A stretch of DNA of 64,000 nt, from NCBI GenBank assembly GCA_964106915.2, contig OZ066919.1; one strand, written 5' to 3'. The notes beneath the pieces are model-generated. The model worked only from the letters and a program-made list of their open reading frames with translations. It did not search any database and was not told where the DNA came from. The position numbers and the translations under genes were made by a program. Positions 39,002-50,972 of this stretch are shown here, piece by piece. Source of the stretch: Podarcis gaigeae. Taxonomy: Eukaryota. How positions within the stretch are numbered: position 1 is the stretch's first letter; each line of letters opens with the position of its first letter.

Positions 39002-39616
39002 CTTAAACTAGTTGCTTTCATTTATTTCAGTGGGTTTGCTCTGAGCATGACTTAGTTGGATTCAACCCATAAAGTCCAGCCCAATAATATGCAATAGTTA
39101 TCCCACACAATTGGGTGGGAAAGATCAGGGATGTGTGGATGTTAGGTCAATTTTGTGGAGGCAAGGCCAACCAAGGAGGAAGCAAATGGATGAGATCCAA
39201 CATGTTTAGCACATTCATTGTGCCATACGCACACATAGAATTTGACATCAAGGTGGGGTGTGAAGTTAAAAATGCATTCAGTTTGAAGACTAGCAACATG
39301 GCAGCTCTAGAGAAGACATTCTCAGAATTTCTATTCAGGTAATAGAAATAAATCTTATTTTAAATTTAGCAATATGCACCATACATGCATCTGTTTGTAT
39401 CTATATTATCCTTTAATCTGAGCAGTCCACACACCTGCACACACACACCCCCCCCCCGGTGTATTAATACTTTTTGTTTAGAGGCCACACTCACAAACAT
39501 GAAACATGGCAGAACATCTCAAAAACCCCCAGTGATATACAGATTTTTGTAATTAATCTATGCCCCAGGGGTCATTCAAAGTGTTCATTGCCCTGTCTTA
39601 TTTGTACTTCAGACAG

Positions 39617-39618
<2 letters not shown>

Positions 39619-39651
<33 letters not shown>
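39619..39651 (+). repeat. (AC)16 microsatellite
   Basis: Directly visible. Confidence 0.97.
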
Positions 39652-39656
<5 letters not shown>

Positions 39657-42600
39657 AGGCACCAAGTCAGTTGCCCAGCTAAATCTCCAATCTGACATGG
39701 TTGCTATCAACTTTACTCTCTTCAGATAATTTTTGTAGACTGTTCATAGTTTTTAAGCTCTTCAATGCCTCCACTGCCTTTCAGCTTAGTATTGCCCTTT
39801 CTGTTGCACCTAAGTTTTGCAAGTATAACTAATAGGAATTTAACATTTACCAAAGAATTATTTCAACTATAGGTTTAATAGCATTTTTATGGTTCTCTGA
39901 ACAGCCAAGAGTTTAGCTATCAGTTCCATCTGCTTCGCTTCCTTCCAATTTGCTTATATGTAAGAGAAAGGAATAAGGACAAGCTTAAAGAAGGAAAATA
40001 AATTGTGGTGCTCCCATTTAAATATGTTTCCCATTTAAACACTTTTCTCCTTGTAAGTTTTTTGTTTCTCTGTACAAGCACCATAAATCATAACCATTGT
40101 CCATTTCTGTTTACATAACCAAACTAAGAAGTTGAAAGCAGTGAACTGGGGGGGGGGGGCACAGAGTTGATTTATTCTGTGCTCTTATTGAAATGTAAAG
40201 CATAGGAGACATTTTCAGCTCCTGTTTTGCATGCGGATTCCTCTCCTCCTCCTCCCCCCCAAAAAACCCCCCAACCTGGGCTGAACTTCCACCCTGACAC
40301 TAGTGAAACCCCATTGAAATTTATGAGCACATCACATGGGTGGCACAAGGGTTATACATGCATCAGAGGTGAGGCATTTTTGCAACATTTCCAGCAGCAC
40401 CAAAAGCTACCCTTTTAGCACTTTGAGAGGACAACATAAAAGGGAGTGTAAAAATGCTTGCCCATACAGAGCGAGGGCAATGAATGATACAACTGGTTGG
40501 AATTCTTCACGTGCCTAATGTAGCAAGCTCTGTTAGTTGGCTTTGTTTCCTTTAGGGTTTTCTTCACTTTCTTAAGAGAGATCTATCAGTCAAAAGTCAT
40601 GTAGTAAGCGTGATGACATCCAGGTGCAATGTAGCCAATCAGATTTGACTGTGTGATGACATCACTTAAAGGAAAAAAATACGCTGAAATAGTATCAGAC
40701 AGAGGAAAGCTATTTTCAGCCTCAATGGTGAAATACAGAAATGTACACCACAGCCTTAATAAATATTGTGGTCCTGTTTTGTAGCCCATAGTCAGTACAT
40801 GTGTAGTCACTGTGGTACTTTCCAGATGTTGCTGGACTACAACTCCCATCATTCCTAATAACTGGAGATGCTGGGGCTGATGGGAATTCTAGTCCAACAA
40901 CACATGGAGGGTATCACATTGGCTATCCCTGTCCACTGCTACCAGAAATGGTTACTGCTTCCTCTTCCAGCATCTTCAGGAGAATACATGCAATTGGGTT
41001 GGATCCAGCCCAGGTTTGACCAGGTCCTATTGAAATTAATTGGACATCCATTAGTCGTAACTAATATTTCATATTACTTTCAATCGAACTTAAGTGCTAC
41101 CAACTTGTTCTGGATCCAATCCACAGATTTCACTGTGGGCCATATAAATAAAATTAACATATTGTTTGAATTAACATAATCAAATTACACTTTTAAATTC
41201 TCCTCTTAAAAAGTACAATTAGCTACAGAAGGGTTCATCTCAACACAGTTCAGTAGAAAAAAATGTTTTCCCTGCAGTCATTAATGAACTCCAAGGTCAT
41301 TAAAATAAACCTCAACCATGTTATTTAATTACCAATTTGCAAACATGCCCATAAAGAGCTGCTGCAACCTAACTAGCATGGTTTCATTTTAGCTGCAAAT
41401 ACGTCGGTTACCAGGACACATCTTGACATTAAAGAGGGTGATTTTCAACGCTGACGTGTTGTCTTCTTAAGCTTGATCATTTATAAATTAGAAAAACAGT
41501 GCTCCACACAATACATTAAAGAACTCTGCTTTGTCTTCTACTTAAGAAATGCAACTAACTAGAAATCACAATCACAGAGTCTCTCTGGTAAATTAGGATG
41601 ATTTGACAAGAGTGATTTCTTAGATAAAAAGCTGATGTTTTGAGTACAATCCCTGGCAGAGACAGGAACTCTTATCCCCATTCCCATGATAAGGCTGTCT
41701 TTTTATGCTTTCCTAACATGCCTCAATAGCTCCACAACATAATCTTCAACAAATTTCTTTATATCCAAGCTTGGGCACTCTAAAGGATCGTGGAATTTAT
41801 AATGAAACAGTATTTCAATTATAATGAAATAGTATTCAATTAATCATTCTTGTGCCAATTAATTTAGCTTCTGCAGTGATGATTTTCAAGAAGCTTGCTA
41901 GCCCTGCTTCTAACTTCCCAACCACAGTCATTCTTGGCCAGGGTCACAGAAAGTGAAATGTAACATCAGAAGGTGGCAGGGAATGAGTGCAATGGAAATC
42001 AGGGAAAGGTAGGGCTTCTCTTCTTTGAGAGATCTAACATCAGCAAAGGAGGAAGGAGAGGAAGTTACATCCAAGCATTGCAAGATTTTCCACATTAATA
42101 CACAGGTTATGCTAACATTTTCCATGTTTGCCTGTTCAAACCAGCTTGTGCTACTTTTAGCACAGCAGGGTCAGCCATGCTTATGGAAATCAAACTGCAG
42201 TCTCAGCTTTTCTGTACCTCATCACCAAAGATAATCACTGCTATCTACAACTTATTTTCTGCTCTGGCTGGCTGATGGCAATGATGTATGAAGCAAGAGT
42301 GATATAGCTCCATCTGCATAAGACAAGTTGATCCTGCAGAGATATAAAGAGCACCAACACCCCCCCTCCATTTCCCAAAAAGGGAAATAAAAAGGAAGGA
42401 TGACTTTTAGCAGGAAGCTGAGGAAGTGGGAGATGTAAATCACGGAGGGAATGCATAATCAAGGACAGCACAGTCTTTTTTGAATAGTGACTGGCATTTT
42501 CTCACAGGGGCTAAAATTGCTTTTGACAGCTTAGACCAGGATTCAGAAGAGGTTGATGACAGAACACATTTAACACTTGCCATTGGATATAAAAGCTAAT

Positions 42601-42686
42601 AGAAACTTCTGGCAAACCTTTGGAATATTATAGAATAGTATGAATAAACAGAAAAGGTGCACATCAATGAGGTTATACAATATACA

Positions 42687-42833
42687 CAGTGGCGTAGCGT
42701 GGGTTGTCAGCACCCGGGGCAAGGCAAGTAATTTGCGCCCCCTAACCCGTGGATTTGCGCCCCCTAACCCTAACCCCCAGATGTTGTGCCCGGTGCGGCC
42801 GGCCCCCCTTGCACCCCTCACGCTACGCCACTG
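42687..42833. mobile_element. Young hAT MITE, 147 bp
   Basis: Perfect 15-bp TIRs CAGTGGCGTAGCGTG / CACGCTACGCCACTG. Perfect 8-bp TSD AATATACA at 42679-42686 and 42834-42841. CpG-rich. Confidence 0.93.
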
Positions 42834-43390
42834 AATATACAGCCCTAAAAGAGGGGGGGAGAAAACAGGTATATAGACATAGTCTTTGATTCTACGGTTA
42901 TTTTACTTGAAAAAGAAGGGAAAGCTTGCTATCGCCTCCTCCATCCTGCAGCCACCTGCACCCCTCATAAAACCTCAAGAGTATAGAAGGGCCCCCAGAA
43001 CAGCATGTGATGGGGAACAAAAGACTGGTGGGGAAATGGGGGGGTTCAACCCAAGTTCAGGCAGAAAACTACCCAATTTAGCCTGGTTCTCTTCTCACCC
43101 AACAGCTCCCTCATGTCCCATCCCACATTCCTAGATACTCTGGCAAATGTGACACAAATGCTGCAGGGAGACTGAGGGCATGGGAAATGTTCCTCTCATG
43201 AATTTTCTGATACTAAATTACTTCAGGATCCAAGCCATATCCTAACAGAAACTTCTGAGAAACCTTGAAAAGATGATATAACAGTGTGGTTGAGCAAAGA
43301 AGGTATTTTTTTGAGCTGCTGTTATTCCAAGTCTTTGCTTACCTTAGATTCCCAGGTCATGGTAGAGCGAAAACAAAAGCTAAAGCATCA

Positions 43391-43400
43391 CAAAGGATAC
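43391..43400 (-). promoter_or_regulatory. U12-type (minor spliceosome) 5' splice site
   Basis: The intron begins GTATCCTTTG, an exact match to the U12 donor consensus RTATCCTTT, immediately after the AGBL4 exon. Confidence 0.9.
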
Positions 43401-43563
43401 ATGTTTCTTCTGTGTACGGGACTGTAGAAGTAGTCCCTCCAACTATGTAACTGTAGAAGGAGACTTCCAGGGTGTAGCAGTAAGAGGTGTCATCAAGTAG
43501 CCCGCCAAGGAACCGACGGCCTGTCCCTGCCTTAACAGCATCTCGGTTGAAGGAGGTGCTTGA
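43401..43563 (-). CDS. AGBL4: AGBL4/CCP6 internal coding exon (163 bp, phase 0-1; probably equivalent to human exon 11); not in the ORF track
   Basis: The reverse complement reads SSTSFNRDAVKAGTGRRFLGGLLDDTSYCYTLEVSFYSYIVGGTTSTVPYTEET plus one base, continuing the previous exon in frame. Includes the catalytic Glu (YTLE). Acceptor ttctcaccttctctttcttacAG; donor GTatcctttg. Confidence 0.97.
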
Positions 43564-43884
43564 CTGTAAGAAAGAGAAGGTGAGAAATCAACTGGAGCAG
43601 GGCTGAGGCCATACTACTGAAACACAACTGGAAAGGTATTTACCAGAAAAAGTCCATGCACATGCAAACCACATATTTGAGTCCAAACTCCTGCATCTAA
43701 AGAGAACACCAGTGCCAGTTGTTCTCGTGTATATGCACGTTACCTCAGTAGAATGAAGAAGCTGCTGTTTGTAAGTTTCCCATAATATGGCAGCTATCAA
43801 CTAGAGGGTGGAAGCTTTGCCTTGAGAATTCAACACTTGAGGAAAGGGTTAAGTTCCTCTACCCCAGCACTTCAGTCTCAATCC

Positions 43885-44030
43885 AAACCGAATGATGCAG
43901 TCTGCCTCTGGATACCAGTTGCTGGGGAGAAAATTACTGTGGGCTCCTGCCTTGCTTGGTTGGCTACTGTGAAAACAGGATACAGATCTAAATGGGCCTT
44001 TGGTTTGATCCAGAAGGGCTCTACTTACAT
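43885..44030 (+). mobile_element. Decayed CR1 3' UTR
   Basis: gcctctggataccagttgctgggga...ggttggctactgtgaaaacagga...tggtttgatccagaagggctct. Confidence 0.6.
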
Positions 44031-46371
44031 CTAAATCTCTCCCCTGCCCCCAAAATCTGCTCTTCCCTAAATTTTAAAGAAACAGGAGATGTAATCAGAG
44101 ATCTCTGTCATCTTATCTAGTTAGGTCTGGTTCTAAAGAGAGAATTCACTAAAACACAGTCTATTCAAAACACAATTTTATTCACACGTTCACATATATA
44201 GGCGTTCCCATAGTTCTTGGAATGTTCAGATCCCCTCACCCCAATGTACGTGTATGTAGACAGGAAGTTCAAGCACACCACACTGGTCAAAAGGTTGAAC
44301 TGTATCCTGGGATACTGCAAGTTCACATCTCACTTCTGCTTTAATGCTCAGCATCACCATATGAATTTTAAATAAATTTTATTTTCTCTATGCAGAGAAG
44401 AACTCTGGGGGGCTGTTTCTGTAGATGTTCCTACGCATCTGGCTCTCTGGATGGGCTTCACTACCCTGAGAGATTGCAAAGATAATTTTTTTTTATCCCT
44501 GTCCCAGTGCTGCCAGAATCTTCTTTCCCACCCCATTCCTCTCTTATTTTCATGCAGTGCTCTGTGTTCTGCAGGGTGGGACAACATCTTATTTTACAGC
44601 TAGAACTATTTCCCCTGAGTAGCCATTTTAATTTACTGCAGCAGCAAAGTCTCTTTGTTGGTCAACAAATGTGTGCAACATCTAACCCTTCTTTTCTGCG
44701 CTCAACCTTGGGCAATTCAGTGTTCTGTCACAAAATCCGGAATGAATTTGTATCCTACCGTGAAAGTGTAACAGCCACTAGGTGGAGCAAAGTCTTTGCC
44801 TAGACTGCAGGTGAGCTACTGACAAAGCAATAAAAGACTTCCCATGCCCACCACAAGCCCCAGAAGCCAGCTGTCTTGTCAGCTTAGAACATATGCTCAT
44901 TCACTCCATGCAATACCAGGACTGCCAGGAACCAGTACCTCAGAAAATGAGAGTACAAAAATGATTTTTTTAAAAAACACACACACACATCCCGCTGCTT
45001 GATTTCCTTAGCTCCTTGTAACTAGGACTTGAGAGCTAACAGATACGTAGGAATTCGTGGCAACTCATGATAAATGAGGTATACAGGGAGACTGCAGTTC
45101 AAAAAATACCTGCTGCTCTATCAGCATTTGATATGTTTTAAAGCTTCTCATGTTATAAAAAGGCAAGTCTTGCGGCTAATTAGAAGTAGATGGAACCCAG
45201 TTTCCTATTAGCATTAAATGTAGGAAGCTTTAGCTGTTTCACTAATGTTTTATGATAGTAACATTCCCACTGTTTTGTGCCAAGCAGTACTCCAATGCAT
45301 CCTCTCTAATGAGATCCAAAGTACTGTTTTTCAGTCTCTGTAGCAGCAGAGTGGACCATCTTATTATGAAAGAAGGGTTGACAAGTGGAACCTTAAAGAA
45401 GAGAAAAGTAGGGCAGGGCTGTAGAAATGGTGAAGCAGCAGAAATAGGAACTATTGGAGAAGGCTTCATTTTAGAAAGGCTTTCACTAGCAACTTATGAG
45501 GTACACATGGCGGTCCTTCAATGCCTTAACTGTAGCAGCTAGGCATTCAGATTATACTTATCTGGTGACAATCTGTTTCCAGGCCCAATTTAATGGACTG
45601 ATTATTAACCTTTAAAGCAGAAAATGGTTTTGGATCAGACTCTCAGAGCAACTACCTGCACCCATATGAACCTGAAGTTCAGCATTGGAAGTCCTGCTGT
45701 GTCAACCACTGGTTAGAACTGGCAATGGGCCGCATATCAAATTCCCTGCAGCAATGGCAACTGCAGGTTTGCTCCACTGGCCATGTATGGCTGGAATCAG
45801 TAGAGTCGCCACATCTTCTACCTTCTGTGGCTGCTAATGGTGAAACTCACCATTTGGAAATCCAAGCCTTAGAGATTTCCAAGTCCAGAGACTATGCATC
45901 ATATGCATTTATGCTCTTAAAATGTCCATAAGGAAGGAATGCAGATAGAAGAATGTCTATGTACAGATATAACTGTGAAATTATCACCAATTTGGCATGG
46001 AGTAGTGCTTCCTTAAAGTAGAGATACAAATCCATAGTCTCCCGAGAATACTTATCTATAAAAGGCAAGTTCTTAGTCCTTAAGATTGCAGATGAAATCT
46101 CAAAAATAATGTGGCAAATGCCAGGGATAGGAAAAACTGTGGTCTTCTAAGATGATGTTGGATTCCAACTCCCATTAGTTTTAGCCAGCATTGTCAATTG
46201 TCAGGGATGATGGATGTTGTAGTTCCATTGTAATCTGGATGTTCCTCACCACTGCCCTAAGTAATACTTCTGTAATGAAATGGCTGCAGTGTCATATGAG
46301 AAGCTCCACATTTTATCTTCAACAGAAAACTCTCTCCTGTCATCCTAGTTTGCTACGACTACCACCAGCAG

Positions 46372-46372
<1 letters not shown>

Positions 46373-46416
<44 letters not shown>
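46373..46416 (+). repeat. (CA)22 microsatellite
   Basis: Directly visible. Confidence 0.97.
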
Positions 46417-46419
<3 letters not shown>

Positions 46420-49400
46420 CCACATCCTGGTGTCCGGAGGACACAGGAGCTTCAGCTGCCTCCCACAACATTCCTATCCTGGCTCACTCAAATGAAAACA
46501 CAGGTGAGCCAGGGGAGGGACAGCTGGAGGTCAGCAGCTGCAGAACATTAATCAGATACCCAGGGTAGCTGCATAAAAGGCAAAGTGTGGGAGTATTTGG
46601 ATAGAGGTCCCAGGAAATTTATTAATGGTGGAGAACAGACACTGGAAGAGGGAAAAGGGCAAGACCAAGGAAGATAGAAATAAATTGAAGTGGCTTCAGT
46701 TAGAGTGAGAAAGGAGGGAAATTAAGTCGTGCAGCACAAGTAAGTGAAAATTGCAGAATAGCAAAGGCAGGTAAAGGGAACTGCTACACTATAGACAATC
46801 AGACATGGGTACAGGAAACAAAGTTCTACATGTTGGAAATAAAAAATAGTTCAAGCTGTAGTCAGATTGCTTGACAGAACACAGCTTAATTTATAACCTG
46901 AGTTGCAGGACCTTGGAGAGCTCCAAGCAAGACAATTGCACACTTGCTCCAACAAGGCCTAAAAATCCAAATGAGACCTTTCTTACTTCTCAGTTCCTAC
47001 TACTCCTCTCAGGCTCAGGCTCTGTCTTGGAAATGAACGAGCTGAAAGAGCTTGTCTCCTGGCCCAGAACATAGAATCCTATCTCTTCTCCATTAGTTTT
47101 CCCTGGTTCATAGCCTGCTCTTGTGAACTAGCAATGGAGAACTTGGGGCCCCAGGTGGGTAGATGTTCCCTTAGGAACATCAGGCTCGCAGGTTGCAGTC
47201 TCTGGGATCCCTGTTCATGGCTGAGAGGTTTAGGCTTGTATCTCAGTCTAAACCCTCTGCAACCCTAGCCAGTAGTCCCCTGTCCTCCCCTCTAAATTGG
47301 CTGGCTCCTCCCCATGTAGGTCAGAGCCTGAGCCCAGGGCAAAAGCTCATGGTGCGGTCATGAAACAATCTTCTCAAAGCCTTAAGTGTCTGTCTGATTT
47401 ATGCTGGCAACTGTGGGAGGAGCATAATAATTTTGAATGTCCTCTAATCTTGCAAGTGACCAAGACTGCAGGCTGCATGCAACCCTCCAGGTCTCTCTAT
47501 TCAGCCTTCAGGACTCTCACCAGACCACACACCCTACTGGATCTATTCTGTGCCCTCCTTAAGTGTCTTTGCTGTGGTGGAATGTATCACTGAAGTGCTT
47601 GCCTGGATGGAAAGGTGCATGTGGAGGCTGCTGTATGGCTGGAGTATAGCCTCCTCTTAAAAGAGCAACATATATTGCTCTGTCCAGTATTGTTACCCAG
47701 CCTGGGAAGGTTGCCCATGATGGAAAGTGGTCCTTGGGCTGAAAAGGGGTTTGACTCCTGCTTTGAGGGATTTTGCCAGTTTTATGTAATAGACACAAGC
47801 CAAACTATTCTCATGTTATGAAGGATTATGCACAAACAAAAACATCTCACAGATATAGCAAGGGTAGAAGCCAATATACCCCATTTCCATCTATAGTTCA
47901 CTACATTTATATGTTCCCTAAGCAGAACAGAAAATAGAGGATTAGGAAGAAATAAATCTGTTATATATCCTATCAGCTCCTTACCAATGAAGGCAAGCAA
48001 CAGTTAAACCTATGAATTTCCATTACTCCTTTCTTTTGTACTGAGTAGATGGCTCTGAATCATATGTGCAGGAACATGTAGGAGAGCTAATTTTAAGAGA
48101 GGATTTTCATTTGAGGCTCGAGGTACAAACAAGCACCAATAAAAGCCGCAGGCACACAGATCTAATTGCCCAATGGATCATAGGCAAAACTCACCACATG
48201 CAATCTCACATCATCTTCTGATGAAAGAAGGAGTCTTATTCACATTCCATACAGTGTAACTGGTGAATGGAGACCCATATGAGATGAAAAACTCAGGTAG
48301 GTCAAGCTACTGTTTTGCCACATTTCCAACAGCTGTGATAAGTGGCAGAAGCCTTCTAAAGGAGGCACAGTAGAGCTCAGAACACCCTGAAATGGCCACA
48401 CCATAAGAATATCTAGTTTCCTGCATCAGATTTGATTAAGAGTAAAATCTAACAACCAGACCTACATCGATGAACTTGGACTTTGAGGCATGGAAGTAGA
48501 GACAGGTCAGGAAGGCCTCAGACCCCATTGCAATACCCTTTTAATCTCTTCCAATGCCTCCTACCCAGACATACACAAAAAGAGATTATAGGTGGGTTCT
48601 ACATCACCACACGGTTAATGCTGTGTTTGCACTGAGTGAAGCAAGGTATTCTGCAGCAGTCATTCATCAGGAAATGGAACTGGTTTCCAGGTTGGAAGGT
48701 GATAATCTTGGTGGTCATTTCCAGTATTATTTTACCATAGTTTTCTATAGGTCCCTGTTACCTTGGGGGGTGAGAAGCAAGAAGTTGGATATCAGGATCA
48801 ATAAGATACATATATTTGCACTGAGATAACACTTTCCATGTTAGGTCCTTTTCAAGAGGTACTTTGTTTTTGTTTACTGAGCTAGAGAAGAACTAAGTAC
48901 TACTACAACAAGCCCAAACTCTTTTGTATAGTCAACCCTTGCAAGTTCTGGGGGCAAAAGTACTTTCATCATTCCTCTCGTATCAGTAAAACTGCCAAGT
49001 TCTCCAGAAACCTCCTCCTATATAAATATAACAAAAACTAGGTCCCTGCTGGTGGTTTTTATGAGTGTAACTTTTACTGGTATGTTTGCTTAGAAAATTG
49101 GTTTCATCCCTAAGCACATGGGATTTCTTCCCCCTGGGCCTTTAAAACAATGTATGTGGACAAGAAGTGGCAAGAAGAAAACAAGAAACAGTTGTGTGGA
49201 TATTTCTTCCTTTCTGCTATTTTTGGGGGCTATAAATTAATTTGAAGATGGCCCTGTGGCTAACACGAGCAGATTGGTTTAACATTATGTGACAGATTGG
49301 TTTCATTTAGCCAGGAATATCCAGAGGGTCCTCGTTCCTGAGCAACCAGCATTTGCAGTCTTAAAACACATACAGTTCCCATCCTATTTTTTTTTTTGTT

Positions 49401-50531
49401 TGCCTTCAAAATGAACACCAAAATTCCTATGGCATGTCCAATGTACAGAAATGTATTCCAAAGAACAAAAATAAAACAATAGTTCCATTTGTCTTCTTAG
49501 AAAAAAAAGGGGAATAGGAGAGCTTCTATTGCAGAGCTACTGCAATAAATTTATCTGTTATTTTACATGCAAGCAGAATCCGGTTTTGTGATGATGAGGA
49601 AAACGTAGCTGGTTTTAATCCCAGCTATCTCAACTTTAAGTGTCACTATCAAATTTGCTATGGTAGTGTCAGGGTCAGAGCCAGTACGTTGAGAGGAGCC
49701 ATGAACTCCAGGAAAACCAGTATTCAGGACTAAAGGATTATCTGGGGCCAAAGAGCAAATCAGGATACAGGAATACAGTGCTTGGAAAGATCTTGCTGCT
49801 CAAGCAAGACTTAACTGAAACATAAAGAATTTTATACTCCTTCTTCCACATGAAGACCCAGTGGTCAGTTTGAGAATCTGTATCTGTGAATAAGGATGAG
49901 TGGATTCAAAGAGCTTAAGTCCCATTATTTCAAAGGAGGGATATTTAATTATGTACTTAACTTTCTCTCCCATTGAAATCAATTACAGAGATTGCTTTGG
50001 GCTAATTCCATGGCTAATTTGAAGACATGGCAATTCTCTGAAATTTAGGTAGGAGTATGGGAAGTTGTCATAAACTGAGGCAGACTTAACTGACTTATCC
50101 ATCTAACTCAGCACTGTTTATTATACAGTACTGGTGGGCAGTGGCTCTCTCGAATTTCAGATATGGACCTTTCCCAGCCCTGCTTACATATGCTAGGGAT
50201 TTCTGATAAGAAATTATATAAATACCTAGATTGGAAAGTGGTGGTATTTCAAACCGAGTGACATTTTCTCAGAAATAATAAGTGTCCATAATTGTTAGGG
50301 ATTCAGAGGATTAATGTAAGTAGCCAAAAATAGTTTCCCAACAGATCAGCTATGTCAAAGTCTTTCAAGCCTTTGCAAAGTTTTATTCTGCATGGTTTCT
50401 ATGAAGAATTGCAAGGAATGCAGCACAATAGGCAAAGAGAAGACATTTGGTAGACTATCCAAGATCCATGACTGGACAGTAGCATTTCTAGGCACGATTC
50501 TGAGAAAGTACCAGTCAGCTAACCTGGACAA

Positions 50532-50972
50532 CCAGTAGTGATGTATGGAATTATGGAAGTGAGAGCTGGACCATAAAGAAGGCTGACTGCCGAAAAATTG
50601 ATGCTTGTGAATTATGGTGCTGGAGGAGACTCTTGAGACTCCCATGGACTGCAAGAAGATCAAACCTATCCATTCTTAAGGAAATCAGCCCTGAGTGCTC
50701 ACTGGAAGGACAGATCATGAAGCTGAGGCTCCAATACTTTGGCCACCTCATGAGAAGAGAAGACTCCCTGGAAAAGACCCTGATGTTGGGAAAGATTGAG
50801 GGCACAAGGAGAAGGGGATGACAGAGGACGAGATGGTTGGACAGTGTTCTCAAAGCTACCAGCATGAGTTTGACCAAACTGAGGGAGGCAGTGGAAGACA
50901 GAAGTGCCTAGCGTGCTCTGGTCCATGGGGTCACAAAGAGTGGGACACGACTAAACGACTAAACAAAGCAAC
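50532..50972 (+). mobile_element. BovB (RTE) LINE, 5'-truncated 3' end
   Basis: Encodes SESWTIKKADCRKIDACELWCWRRLLRLPWTARRSNLSILKEISPECSLEGQIMKLRLQYFGHLMRREDSLEKTLMLGKIEG, the diagnostic BovB C-terminus. (CAA)-like tail. 11-bp TSD AACCTGGACAA at 50521-50531 and 50973-50983. Confidence 0.95.
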
